From positions 7,840,137 to 7,904,136 of the forward strand of contig NC_057751.1 of NCBI RefSeq assembly GCF_004010195.1: 64,000 bases of DNA. The letters run 5' to 3'. Positions within the stretch are counted from its first letter, which is position 1, and the number at the start of each line of letters is the position of its first letter. This document shows positions 24,926-38,351 of the stretch, piece after piece. The position numbers were made by a program, and so were the translations under genes. Below the pieces are notes generated by a model. That model was not told where the DNA came from and did not search any database. It saw only the letters and a program-made list of their open reading frames with translations. Source of the DNA: Chiloscyllium plagiosum (Eukaryota).

Positions 24926-25382
24926 TGCTCTCTTAAGGGCAATGAAGGACAGGCAATAAATGAGAGGTATGCCCACATTCCACAGACACACGAAGAAAAA
25001 GGAATGGCCTTCATGCACTGAGATCCAGATTTCTGTGCGGGAATACATTGATGGTTTCCAGTGATAACCAGAAAGCTATGGCTGGGGAGGGTACAAGGTT
25101 GAGTGGTGCTGGTTTGAGCAAGCTGCAATGTACTTGGTGAGATTGTGGAGTGGGGGTGGACGAGCGATTGTGTATCAAATCCACAACATCACTTTCCTAC
25201 GACTGGTTAGTGCTGAGGGTGGAGAAAGACAGGCTGAGAGACTGGATATTTTGTTCTTTCCCACCTGAACAAGTGCAACAAAAGGCACGATAGAAATATC
25301 ATTGTTTCAGGCGATGGAACAATAGCACATGCTTTTCGAGACTTGCTTTTCTTTTTGTTTTGTGATGCCACCCTCCTGCGTG

Positions 25383-25396
25383 GTTGCCTGGGCAAC
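25383..25396. promoter_or_regulatory. RFX X-box-like palindrome
   Basis: GTTGCC-TG-GGCAAC, both half-sites perfect, in non-repeat DNA. Confidence 0.35.
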
Positions 25397-27914
25397 TTAA
25401 GTGGTGCCGTTTGTTTTAAACAGCGCTTGAAAGTAATCCAGGCCATGGCAATCCTAACAAAACAACTTCACTCATTAAAAGCATCTGAACTCTCACTTAC
25501 TGCGGTGCATTCTGTCCTGCCAAACATCAACTCCATCCTCCCACTAGCCCAGGACAAAATAACCTCCGTGGGACTTGGCTGTGACACTTCACAATGGGCA
25601 CCCACTCAAAGGGAACAAGAGACTTTGAGCCAGTTTCCTGAAATTAAAGTTTCCAGATACAATGACCGTACTTTCCACATGCAGAGCCACTGCCTCCGGG
25701 AACCGCCAATCACATTCACAGACACGTGGAGCAAGGGACTTCATCTTCCACTTGTTTAACTGGCTATGTCGAGTGTGGCATTCAGAACAGAAAGGCCCCT
25801 TCAGACTGCAATGTCTCCACTCTTGGTGTGCTGCATCTTGGCCTCCACTTTACCAGAGGTCTCGGATGCTCAGGGGCTACAATGAGCTGAGTTACCTTGT
25901 ACCTGTGATGAGCGCAGGTCACTGCACCTCTCCTTCTCAGAGTTTTAATGGCATGTGCCTGCTCAGGTCAGGTCAACACCGTCCAATTCACCATCAAGCC
26001 ATGAGGAAATGGATGCTTATCGAAAGACAAGTTGGAATCCGCAAGGTTGAACTTTGAACCGGACAGCAGGAGTGCCCTTTATGTCTATTTGTCAAGTCCG
26101 TGCGCACCTTTGAAATCCCAAGTATGGCAATCATGCTGACCCTCAATTCCCCCCAGCTTCAAGTAACCTTGAGGTGCCCAATACTGAGGGCCTCACACCT
26201 GCCAGCCATGGTTCAGCTGGCAGAACCTATTCCTGTGAGTCAGAAGAATAAACATAGGTTCGTATCCCAATCCAGGGACTTGACAATGAGGAGATAACAG
26301 CACACATGGGTGACGTTCCAAGGGAGTGCAGCACTGCCAGGGCTGTAATCTTTGTCTCTTCTCTCAGATGGGGTACCCTAGTACTCCTTGGAAGCAGAAC
26401 AGAGCTTTCATCAGCAGAGTACTGGAAAAGATTTATCCCTCAGTCAGTGTTAATTGAAAAAGTGCATTATTTTGTTGACATAAGGGGAAGGAAGATCTAC
26501 TGGTCATGTCACTGGACTGGAAATCTAGAATCTCAGGCTAAGTCTCTGGGGACATAAATTTGAATCGCACCATAGCAGATGGTGAAATGTGAATTCAATC
26601 AAAATCCGGAGTAATAAAACCCCATCAAATGGAGACCACTGTTGATTGCTGTAAAAAACCCATCTGACTCACTAATATTCTATAGGGAAGGAAATCTCAT
26701 CCTTACCTGCCCTGATCAGCATGTGATTCCAGACCCACTGCAACGTCGTCAACTCTTAACTGCTCGTGAAATGGCTCTGAACAAGCCTCTCATAGCACGG
26801 CAGCTATTTGGGATGGGCAATTAAAGCTGGCCCAGTCAGTGATGCCCATATCTGATGAACAGATATGTAAAACAAAACTGCTAATTCAGGGAACTTGCAG
26901 CTCACAAACTGACCGTTGTGTTTCCAACATGAGAACGACATCTATACATTGACAACACAGTATTTCACATGCTTTTATGTGCTCTGTGATGTCCTGAGGT
27001 CATGAAAACAGACATACATTTGCTCATCATCTTGCTGCATTTTGAAAAATAAAGTGACAGGTCTGTAGCAGGTACGCACTTGGGGTTTTAACTTCCAAGG
27101 ATGGATTTTTGAACCTAATCTGCATTAAACCAGCAGACTTGGAACTGAAGATCAATTCAAAGAAAACCAAAATTACTAATTAAACCAGAGTTCTGCATGA
27201 TATTAAATCAGGTTAGGCTGAGCAGAGTACTCTAATCTGCAAGGACCACAAATGCAATTTCAAAAGGAATTCGGTCCTTTGAAGCAAAGTCTTTATAGTT
27301 TCCTTCATCTGCTGAAGCTGTCAGTGCCCTCAAGAATTCAGCATGTTCGTAGATCAATAACGTTTACAATATCTGAGTGGGGGATATAGGGCTTTGTGAG
27401 CATGTCAACATTTCAGATCTTTTACGGTTCCACTCATCTGTCTTCCAATACAATCGCAGATCGCACAGCAAGTTGTGGCTTCAAAAATAACAGCAGGGCC
27501 TCAAACAAGGGATCTTTCAAAGTAACACTTGCTTTGATCAATGGATCACAAGAAGCTAAATTAAATTCTAATGCGCCATGTTAAAACCAGACTGAGGACT
27601 GATGTTTCCCGAAGCGAACGCCACTCTCTGAAATGAACAATTTTTAAAATCAAAGGCAAACTCCTTCAATGGAAACTCGAGGAAAAGGTTCAGCACTTTC
27701 AAAAAGAAAACTTATTACATTTCCAGTCAAAGTCTGCACAGTTCAGTCAAGCTCCTCAAAGACCTATAGCCTCAGTATATTTTGTGCGGTGTCGTTCTGA
27801 CAGTACAAACCAAGTATCTCCTTGTGGTACCATTTCCCGCCTCTCCAACTCAAGGCAACTAAAGGCCCGCTAAGGTTAGCCTGGGCTAAGAATGGGGGAC
27901 ATTCAATGAGAGTT

Positions 27915-28230
27915 GGGGGCTGCACGGTGGCTCAGTGGTTAGCACTGCTGCTTCACCTCGCCAGGCACCCTGCTTCAATTCCACCCTCGGGCAACCATGT
28001 TGAGTTTGCATGTTCTCCCCGTTTCTGCGTGGATTTCTACCGGGCACTCTGGTTTCCTCCCACAGTCCAAAGATGTGCAGGTTAGATGGCTAGACCATGC
28101 TAAATTGCCTCATAGTGACCAGGGATGAGCAGATTGGGTGGATGAGCCATGGGAAATGCAGGCATGAGGTTGGGGGCAGTGGACGCAATGGGCCAAATGG
28201 CAGCTTGAACGATGTAGTGATTCTGTGAAT
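27915..28230 (+). mobile_element. HE1/V-SINE
   Basis: gcacggtggctcagtggttagcactgctgc head and V-domain. Confidence 0.85.
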
Positions 28231-31200
28231 TCCTTTCTCCGATGACTATGAATTACATTCTGCCTCTGCCTCTTGCTGAATCATAGTGGTGGTCTTGCAG
28301 AGTCAAGTGTTAATTATCCAAGCACCCCCCTATTTGGGAACAACAGACATCCCTTTTCGAGGAAGGCAACTTTGGCCTGTCACAAGAGGAAGCAAAACCT
28401 CCTCTCCTTCAGAAATGTAAGTGTTGGAGAATGGCGATGACAGAAACAGTGTCAACATTCCAATGTGACTCTTCCTCAGAAACTGTGTTTCTTAAGTCTA
28501 AGAGAAATACTCACACGGAGAATTCAGTAACTGGGGAGACGTAACATTCAATGGCGTCTCATAACATTCAAGGCTATGGGCCAAGGGCGAGAAAATAGGG
28601 TTGGGCTGGAGAGGTCAGTGGAGTCTCGATGGGCAGAAAGTCCATGTCTGTGCTGTATGACTCTAAGAAAATGATGTCAAGTGTAACTTTGGCAGTCAAG
28701 CGAAACACTAATTACAGTGTGGGAAGTTTGTAAAAGCCCTCTTCGAAGCATTCAGGAATAGTTAAGTCAGGAAAACCGGGGGAAGACTTGAAAAAAAAAG
28801 TCCCCATTGTTTATATAAACAGACCGTCTTCAAAGGAGAGAGGGTCAAGTATATTAGGAGAGCCTTATCTGTGTTAAGATGGTGCAGTGTGATGTCTAAA
28901 AATGCCAGGTTTTTAACAGCTCTCCAAAAAAGGGAGAACGAGAAAACATAAAACATTCCCTGCATTATGTTGGATTCTTCATTTGTTGTGGCACTGTGAT
29001 ACAGAGTTTGAGTTCATGCACTTTCTTTGTATGGACGGTGTGGTCTGAACCTTTCTTCACATGGGCTGAACAGAAATCTCACCCGCTCTTTGCTTCACTC
29101 ATTCATTGGATGTTGGCAGCACTGGGTGGGCCAATAGTAAACAACCCGTCCCTAGAGAAGGTGGTAGTGAGCAATGAAGGCAAGCCTTCTTCACCACCCT
29201 GTCTTCCCGTGATGCAAATTTCAAACAATTTGAACCCAATGTCTCTCTGCTCTCTGACACTACCCAGGGCCCTACCATGGGTTGTATAAGTCCTGTCCTT
29301 ACTCAGCCCACTTACCTAACTGATCAAAAAGTCTTGACAAACGCAGCAAAAGAAAGAGGAAAATAATCTTGAGTCGAATACAACCCGTTTTTCTTGATCC
29401 ATGTTATGTTGAGTACATTGTCCAGCAGAGGAGTATCAGAGCATTTTACAGAGTTCACTTGCTATTCACTGAATTGTGCAAATTGTGTACATTGAAGGGA
29501 GTATCATGATGCATCTTATTTTTGATTCATTTACAGAACAAGATCAACTATCCATGAACAGTTTACCATCCTGACAGAAAACAGCTCTCTTCAGAGACTA
29601 ATATTGCAGGAGACAAGACAATTACAGCAATGTTCTATTAAGTATGAACTTTCTTCATAAATTATTTATTTGCAATGTAATTGGTACTGACCTATCTTGT
29701 CATATTAACTTTGTCTGTGATTTGTTTTGTTTTCATCTCTGTATTGAACGAATAGCTTTCTGCGCAATATTTACTACCTTGTGCAAAGGCTTGTTCCTCC
29801 TCTTCCCAAGTCATGGACAATCTCACACATACAAACAGGAGACAGATTCTCAAATTGCCTGTTCCACTTCAAAAGATGGTGTGAAAATATTTTTTTCTGG
29901 AGCATTCCTCCTGAAAATTCACTGCAAGCAGAGTTGTAGAATATTTTGAAGGCAGATGTGCTTAGACTCTTGATAATGGAGGGTTGAAAAGTTGTCTGGG
30001 AGAAACAGAAATGTGTGGAGCAATCAGACCAGCCATGATCTTAATGAGTGGTGGAACAGGATTGAGGGTCCGAGTGGTGGAACAGGATCGAGGGCTCGAG
30101 TGCATTCTCCCGTTTCTAAATCACGTGTTCAGACAAACAATATGTTCATGCAAAAAGCCACCAATGTCGGAAATCTGAAAAGACAGAGAAATTGTCCAAC
30201 TTTTCCCAGTTCTCCTGAAAGGTCAGAAATGCTAACTCCATTTCTCTCTCCATATGTGTCATCAGACTTGCTGATAATTTTCAACACTTCCGGTTTTTTT
30301 ACTGCCTTTACTCTCGCTCTCTCCTGTGCATTTACCTGTCACCAAGGCCAAAGATCAGGATGGGAATTAGTGGAACTGAGCTGCAGCAGGTTCTCACTCT
30401 GCCTTCTTTTGCACCACTGTCATCCAGTTAAGCTGCAGGCTGTGGGACATGTGTGAATGTCATATAGTTGCCTTCAGGGATGCTTTCCTGGGGTTGGAGG
30501 GGGGTTGCTGCTGAAGCATATTTGTCCAGAATATGTATGAGGAACTTCGAAGTTTGTCTTGGGAATGCTTTTTGTGACGCAGAGGCGGTATGATGATACT
30601 GCCTGGAAATCACAATTTCAATTCTTTTGGTCATCCTCTTTGAATGTGTTCATTCAAAACACATCTGCTCACACCCAAAACATACACTAAATCCCCTGCA
30701 AAAATATCTTGCCTCGCTGACATACATCAGCTCCCATTCTCATGAAGGTGCAAAAGTATGCCCAACCCTGAGGATGGGGGAGCCCAGTATATTAGAGCAA
30801 AAGATAATGCTGAAGCATTGACAGCAGTGCATGGTCCATCTCGGCCTCCTCCAGAGGTTCCCAGCATCACAGATACCAGTATTCAGTCAATTTGATTCAC
30901 TCCATGTAATATTGAAACATCACAGAAGGCACTGGATTTTACAAATGATAAGAACCCCAGAAACATTCAGCAACAGCATGAAAGACTTGTGCCCAAGAAC
31001 CATCTGTGCCCTTAGCCAAGCTCTTCAAGTGGAGTTTCAATGCTGGCATCTACCCGACAGTGTGTTCTTGGTCCTGTCCACAAAGAGCAGCACAAATCCA
31101 AACCAGCCAATTACCGTCCATCTGTTGACACCCGATCATCAGTAATGGAAGGTGCCATCAACAGTACTATGGAGCAGCATATGCTGATCAATAACTTGCT

Positions 31201-32052
31201 CAATGGGTAGAAGAGCAGATCAGAGGCTAGGAAATATGCAGCAAGTAACTCACCCCCTGACTACCCAAAGCCTGTCTACCAAGTCAGGAGTATGACTCGC
31301 GTCAATGAGTGCAACTCCAATTGAACTCAAGAAGCTGGACAGCATCCACGATAAAACAGCCTGCTAATGGGTACCCTGATTAAAAACCTTCACCATGCAC
31401 TCCCATTACCACCAGTGGCAGCTGTGTGTGCACCAACTACAAGAGGTATTCCAACAACTCATCAAAGCTCTTCCGACAGCAGTCTTGGAAGGACAAGGGC
31501 AACAGACACCTCGGAGCAGCACCTGCAAACTAACCTCCAAGCTAACCACTATTGTGACTCATAACTATAATCTGTTTGGACATTTGTGTTTAAACACCAG
31601 AACAAGATGGATTCTCCTGGACCAGAGGTAGGCACATTATTGCATTTTCCAATTTTCCTTTGTACCTGCTCTGACACATGTCCATGGACATCACATCCTG
31701 TGGTGGGACTGATTGCAGATCATCTGGAGTAAAAGGAGCAGACACTAGGAGTGCACCACAACTCTTGTAAATATCATTGTTTGAACACATTATGACAAAC
31801 CTCCAGGAAAGATGGGACTTGAATACAGAGTTCCTGGCTGAAAGGTAGGTGGACAACAACTGAATCCAAGGCCTCTCCAATGAGCAATGTTTGAGGTAAA
31901 CCACTGTAACCAGGAAGAGAAATTCGACTTAATGATGAGAAATAGTTTACCATGTGATAACAATAGACACAAGTTACATTGACGAGTTGGGAAAAATTGA
32001 GTGGCTCCCAGACGAAACACAACTGTTCCTGGCAGGACCCTCATCATTGCAT

Positions 32053-32430
32053 AAGATAGAGGAGCAGATAGAGGCCAGTCAGCCCATCCAGGCTGCTCCA
32101 CCATTCAATCATATCTGATAGGTTTTTCAATTCCATTCTTCTGCCCGCTCCCATAACCTTTGATTGCCCCGGAACTGATCAACTATCACTCTCTTCAAGA
32201 CCATCAAAGACATGTTCACAGAGTCACCACCCTCTGGCTGAAGAGATTCCTCCTCAGCTCAGTTCTAAAGGGTCTTCCCTTCACTCTGAGACTACACCCT
32301 CGGGTCCTCTTTTCACTCCTGAGTGGAAACATCATCTCCACGTCCACACTATCCAGTCCTCTCAGTATTTCGTAAGCTTCAATGAAATACCTCTCCCTCT
32401 TCTAAACTCCAGTGAGTGCAGACCCAGCGT
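32053..32430 (-). mobile_element. CR1 LINE 3' fragment
   Basis: cataagataggagcaga tail and caccctctggctgaagagattcctcctc segment, cf. 58500-58950. Confidence 0.7.
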
Positions 32431-32638
32431 CCTCAAGAGCACACCACAGACTTTAATAGTGCACACCACAGACTAAATGCCAGAGGAAACACCACAGAAG
32501 TGCTTCACAGGAGGCTCCCTCTTCTAAACTCCAGTGAGTGCAGACCCAGCGTCCTCAAGAGCACACCACAGACTTTAATAGTGCACACCACAGACTAAAT
32601 GCCGGAGGAAACACCACAGAAGCGCTTCACAGGAGGCT
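32393..32638. repeat. Tandem duplication, 2 x 122 bp
   Basis: Units start at 32393 and 32515 (ctccctcttctaaactccagtgagtgcagacc...). Confidence 0.92.
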
Positions 32639-32718
32639 TCCAAGCACTGAGGATGTCACCTAGACAGGGGACGAAACGTTTGCAACAAAAACTTCCAGCT
32701 CGGCGAACAGAACCACAG
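32585..32718 (+). mobile_element. Short hammerhead-bearing element, family D, probably Penelope-derived
   Basis: Flanked by cagactttaa(t/c)agtgc at 32569-32584 and 32719-32734; contains a hammerhead core. Confidence 0.7.
32644..32683 (+). ncRNA. Minimal type I hammerhead ribozyme motif
   Basis: gca CUGAGGA u guc-a-ccu-agac-agg-g-gac GAAAC GUU ugc: helix I gca/ugc, 6-bp helix II with one mismatch, ACGU helix III. Confidence 0.78.
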
Positions 32719-33114
32719 CAGACTTTAACAGTGCCTCTGCAGCAATACGTGCACACTGATTTTAATTATTCCACAATTTCTGCATGAGAATTGTACATTT
32801 TGTTAACTGTAAAGGAACTGAAAGAAATGGAGCTTCTCTTGCATTTCTGTATGACCTCAAAACTGCACCACAGCCAAAGAATTGTGCAATCCTGAACAGT
32901 AATCTCTACTGCATTATGAAATGCTGCAGTCAAATGGAGCTTAACATGATTGCACAGACACACCTGGGATACTAACCCACTTTGGTGATCAATTCTGCAA
33001 TAATTATTAACCCAATAACAGCGGCAACTCCTCCACTTTTCTTCCCAAACATCTACCAATAACTGGCTCACTCTTATTTGTCACCAGTTGGAAATTAAGT
33101 TGTTTTCTGAGTGA

Positions 33115-33602
33115 TATGCAAAGATTTACAAAGATGTTGCCAGGGTTGGAGGGTTTGAACTGTAGGGAGAGGCTGAATAGGCTAGGGCTGTTTTCCTTGG
33201 AGCGTCAGAGGCTGAGGGGTGGTCTTACAGAGGTTTATAAAATCATGAGGGGCATGGATAGAGTAAATAGACAAAGTCTTTTCCCTGGGGTGGGGGAGTC
33301 TAGAACTAGATGGCATAGGTTTAGGGTGAGAGGGGAAAGATATAAAAGGGATCAAGGGGCAACTTTTTCACGCAGAGGTTTGTACATGTATGGAATGAGA
33401 TGCCAGAGGAAGTGGTGGAGACTTGTGCAATTACAACATTTAAAAGGCATCTGGATGGGTATAGGAATAGGAAGGGTTTAAAGGGATGTGGGCCAGGTAT
33501 TGGCAAAGGGGAACTAGATTAATTTAGAATATGTGGTCAGCACAGATGAGTTGGACCGAAGGGTCTGTTTCTGTGCTGTACATCTCTGTGACTCTATGAC
33601 TT
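33115..33602 (+). mobile_element. CR1 (HER1-like) LINE 3' end
   Basis: ORF MQRFTKMLPGLEGLNCRERLNRLGLFSLERQRLRGGLTEVYKIMRGMDRV; (gactctat) tail. Confidence 0.92.
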
Positions 33603-34109
33603 TATATGCACATGATCGATGATGGCAGCTCCAAGAGTGAATTTGATTCTTGGTGAGCAATTTTAATCACACAGGCCTGGGTTGGGATCTGCCCACTCCA
33701 CAGCACAACAACAGAAAAAACCTGAACATCACCAGAGTTTCTGGAATACAACCCAGTGAATTGGGATCAGGCAAGACCAGGAACACCGTTCCCATTCTCA
33801 ATGGCTGCTCAGTGCCTCCTATTGGAAATGCCTGGGATTGGTACATGGGTCACATGAGCACACGTGGGGGGTTACAACTCCCCCTTCTGGTTGACCCTTT
33901 GTCTTAACTTCTGAACCAAGGCTCTGATCCAACATTGGTGACTGAATAAGAAAGCACAACATGATTTGAGGCCTTGAGAGGCAGAGATAAAATGGTTAAA
34001 GGAAATACAGGAGTATGACCCCTCCACAGATCAGCAGTGCATGCAAAGCATGAACCGATTCACCTCAGAAACTGTCGCTGTTCCACAGCAAAGGTACACA
34101 TTTGCAATG

Positions 34110-34266
34110 GGGTGGCATGGTGGCTCAGTGGTTAGCAAAGCTGCCGCACACCATCAGGGACGTGGGTTTGATTCCATCCTTGGGCGACTGTCTGTGTGGA
34201 GTTTGCACATTCTCCGTGTCTGCATGGGCACCTTCTGGGTGCTCCGGTTTCCTCCCACCGTCCAAA
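34110..34266 (+). mobile_element. HE1/V-SINE 5' half
   Basis: tRNA head and V-domain, truncated at the adjacent LINE fragment. Confidence 0.8.
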
Positions 34267-34974
34267 CATGAGAGAAATGTGGAAAGAAAGAGTGTTTGGT
34301 GGCGTGATGTAAAGATAACAATCTCTCCCCGAACATCAGCAGAATGAAAGAGCTGGTTATTGGCTTCAGGAAGCAAGGAGGGCGGCCCGCTTGATTCTAC
34401 AGTGGTCGAGATAGTCGACAGCGTCAGGTTCCCAGGAGTGACAGTCCCAACAATCCGGCCTGATCCACCCACATTGAGGCACCGATAAAGAAGGCAAAGC
34501 AACACCTCCTCTTCGGCAGGAGGTTAAGGAAATTCAGCATGTCTGTAAGGACTCTCACCAACGTTTACTGGTGCACCATAGAAAGCATTCTATCTGGATG
34601 TATCACGGCTTGGTCAGGTAACTGCTCTGCCCAGAACCGTAAGAAATTACAGAATGTTGTGAAGACGGCCCAGACCATCACACAAGCCAACCTTCCAGCT
34701 GTTGACTCCACCTACATTTCTCATTGCCTCAGAAAGTCAGCTAACTTCATCAAAGACCCCTCCCACCCCGGTTGTATCCCCTTCCAACCTGCTCCATCAG
34801 GGAGGAGATAACACAAAAGCAAAAAAAAAAGTGCCAACATGTCCAAGAACAGCTTTTGCCCCACTGTTAATGGACGTCCAAATGAACCTGTCGAATTTCA
34901 AACCTAGCGCTGGTCTTGCATGTTGTGCACTTTCTTTGCAGCTATACTCCTTGCTCTGTTCTGTCATCCTACGA

Positions 34975-35180
34975 TGTGGAGCTGCCTGTGTTGGACTGGG
35001 GTGGACAACGTTAAAAATCTCACAACTCCAAGTTATAGTGCAACAGGTTTATTTGCCTGTCCTAGCTTTCAGAGCGCTGCTCCTTCATCAGGCAACAAGT
35101 TACCTGATGAAGGAGCAGCGCTCTGAAAGCAAGTACTTTCAAATAAACCTATTGGAGTATAACCTGGTGCTATGTGATTT
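34975..35180. mobile_element. Penelope-type fold-back element, family B, nested in the LINE 3' UTR
   Basis: Same family as 16705-16928; back-to-back hammerhead cores at 35062-35093 (-) and 35101-35135 (+). Confidence 0.82.
35062..35135. ncRNA. Divergent pair of minimal hammerhead motifs (AGCU helix III type)
   Basis: Minus: gc CUGAUGA a ggagc-agc-gcucu GAAAG CUA g (intact). Plus: uac CUGAUGA a ggagc-agc-gcucu GAAAG CAA gua (U16.1 mutated). Confidence 0.68.
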
Positions 35181-36477
35181 ATCACCCTATAATCTTTGCG
35201 TGGTATCTTTCTATGATCATGGTATGATTTGCCTAGACCGCACACAAGACAAAACTTTTCAGTGTACCTAGGCACATGCGACAATAATAAATCAAATCAA
35301 ATCATGGAGGCTAGGGGGATTGGCCATACTTTATTGCCAACAGTGTCCAGGGAAGTGCTGGTGAGGTGGATTAGACATTGAACATACAGGGTTACAGGGA
35401 GAGGGTAGGGGGTGAGTCAGGGGTGCTGCTTTTCAGAGGGTGGACCTGATGGGCTGAATGGCCTGCCTCCACAGTGTGGGGATTCCCTGATTCAATTTCC
35501 ATGCTCCTGACTTCAAATGATGCAACTCTGAACCATTAAAAATCGCATCAAAATTGTTCGCTGTTTTATGAGATGATTCATCGCCAACAATGGTGCCCTG
35601 GTGGCTGACTGGGCCATTTCAAGATTAAGGTCAGGGTCAACCATACTGCCTTGGAGTCACACTTCAGGTCAGACCAGGAAAGACTGGAATGGCCGGTGTC
35701 CTGCCTGGACAGACGTCAGGGAAACCGGTTGGATTTTTACAACAATCAACCATGGTCACCAGGATTACTATTAGTGATGAAATACCAAGAGAACTGTGGT
35801 CGTGGGGATGCGGTAAATCAGAAACTTCTCTGCAAATGCTACCATTACTGCTGAGCTTTTTCCAGCAGTTTCTATTTTTGTTCCCAAGACTGAGACTGGT
35901 TTTCAATCCCAGATTTGCTCACTGACTTCCAAGTACACCAGCTGGTGTGCTAACATTTGAACCCATGTCCTAGCCCACAGCCTCAAGCGAGCCAATGACA
36001 CATCACAACCAGATCCAGCACAAGATCCAGCTCTTCCTGAGAAGGATGGAAGTAATCCTTCAGATAAGCAGGTAAAAGAAGATCAGACAAGCTCAGGAAG
36101 GTGAGAGGTTGAAGTCTGCATGAAGTAACAGGCCCGTTCTAAGGTACAAGGGGGTACCCTCTGCAATCGATGCTTCAGCAACTCGACAACGATTAAGTCT
36201 GTTCTCACAACATAAACTGTTAGCACGGTAAACGTAGAGGGTTGGCTTGCTGGAGACTGGACTTTATTTGTGTGTGCTCAAGCCAACACAGTAACTTGAG
36301 GGCAGTGGGGGAAAACTCATAACCAACGCGACAAAATGCTTTTCATCAGCAATCATTCAACAGGTGATGGGTAAGGACAGACCATGGTGCAGGAAGTTAT
36401 GTGCCTGATTCAAAGTTTTTAAACTGGAAGGATTCAGGCAAATATTTGCAAGCTAACATTTAAAAGAGACTTGCAGA

Positions 36478-36546
36478 TGGAGATTTGGAACCGCTTTCGG
36501 TGGAGATTTGGAACTGCTATTGGTGGAGATTTGGAACCGCTATTGG
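36478..36546. repeat. Minisatellite, 3 x 23 bp
   Basis: tggagatttggaa(c/t)gct(t/a)t(c/t)gg-like unit repeated three times. Confidence 0.9.
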
Positions 36547-37769
36547 CAGTTCTGCTCAGGTGACAGTGCGGGCGAGATAGATCCAATTGACTGGCTCCTG
36601 AGTTGAATTCTCAGTGTTTCACGTAATATTTGTGTCCAATTGCTGCGGGTTGGAGTTCACTGAACTCATTAAATGCTGGCCTTAAATTTTAGAATTCCTC
36701 ACCATGGAAAGCAAGCAGCCTGGCACAGCAAGTGGAGGAATAATAAAAAGGACATTCTCTCTCCACAAGCACAATCAGAAATAACCTCCCCATGTCCTTA
36801 CGTGCTCAAGTTTACGACAGAAATTGACTGGATTTATACGGCGAGCAAACAGTTCACGCAGCAGGAAGGATTCGATCTGCTCAACACAGAAATGAGGAGC
36901 AAGTGAAGAGGACAAGGGGGAGTTGAGGCTGACGTGCGGAGACAGGACGCGCTCAGCTCATTTGGGTTTGGGCGGTCAGCCTTTTCATTATAACTCCACA
37001 CGGTCAGCATCGTATCATCAAGGCCAACATTTTATTGCAAAGGGAGAGCAGCCCATTGGCATCAACAGCAATGGGGGATTGGAGGGCCACTGAAGCTGAA
37101 CAGGAGGGGACGGGGCAACTCTCTGGTAGCTCTGGGTTTTCAGGAGTGAGAGAAGACTGTGTGTTTTCACAATAGTTGAGTTTGCATCCACCTCAAATCT
37201 GCTGATTGAACCCTCATCTTTGCTTTGTTTCAGTGCCATCCATCAAGTTGTCCTCATTAAAATTCTCCTGCTTAAATCACACAATCTATTATTAGTCCTG
37301 GTATATATTCCACTTAAATTAGCTCTGTGCTTTGCATGCATAATACCTTTCATCTGTGCAGCCTTTGTGTGATCTAGCTGGCACTCTCCTGGGAGGACAC
37401 ATTTCCATAATTCAGTGAACCCTTCCAGAACCTGAACAACTGAGCACACACATCTCCCGAAAGTCAACTTTATCCAACATTCGCACCCCCTCATCACATC
37501 AAATTGGGTTCTGATCCCTTCCTTCCGACTGTTTCCAGGCCTCCGCCGTGCTACAAGCTGACGTGACTGCCTTTAAGCCATGCACAACACTTCCTCTCCA
37601 TGCCATGCCAAACTACTGTCTGGCTGGTCTTGTCCTCCATTTCAAATCCTCTCTGCTCCGAGTTTGGGGGCAGACAGACATAGTCAGAAGGTCACCTTAC
37701 CCACATACTCACCTGAGGCATGGTAACAAAAACCTCAGCAGCCACTCCAGTGCAGTACCGAGATAGGTA

Positions 37770-38255
37770 CATGGGAATTAGGAGCAGGGTGGGGTAGGCA
37801 ATTTAGCCCTTTGAGCCCGGTCTGCCATTTAACATGATCATGGCTGATCTTACCCTGGTCTCAACTCCACTCACCTGCCTGCTCCCCATAGCCCTCTATA
37901 CCGCTTTTCATCAGAAAAACGTGTATTTCTTTCCTGAATCTACTGATTGATTCTATCTCCACCACACTCTGGGGCAGTGAGTTCCACAGATTCACAACCC
38001 TCTGAGAGAAATAGTTTCTCCTGCTCTCAGTTTTGAACCTGCCTCCTCTCACGCTGTATCTGTCACCTCTTGTTCTAAACTGACCCACAAGAGGGCACGC
38101 CTGTTCAACATTCACCTAATCAATTCTCTGTGGTACATCATACATCTCAGTCAGACTCCCCCCCTCCCCCCACCTTCATTCTTCTGAACTACAGTGAGGA
38201 GAAGCCATTCAACTGCTCCCTCATGCGACACCCTTTCATCCCTGGAATCAATCTG
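37770..38255 (-). mobile_element. CR1 LINE 3' end
   Basis: ORF FRTRGDRYSVRGGRFKTESRRNYFSQRVVNLWNSLPQSVVE. Confidence 0.85.
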
Positions 38256-38351
38256 GTCCTCGTGGCCACTGGTGGATGTCCCAGTGCAACCCTGTGTGAT
38301 GATGCTGTCACTTTCAGAAGGTCATTTTCTCCTTTTTTTTCTGAACAGACA

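Larger units (their letters stand above)
34290..35304 (+). mobile_element. Rex1/Babar-like LINE 3' end
   Basis: ORF TLTNVYWCTIESILSGCITAWSGNCSAQNRKKLQNVVKTAQTIT...FIKDPSHPG resembles the Rex/Babar RT C-terminus; ends aataaatcaaatcaaatca. Confidence 0.75.

Noticed and set aside
36478..36546. 23-bp direct repeats resembling a CRISPR array
   Set aside because: No spacers, eukaryotic context, no cas genes; a simple minisatellite.
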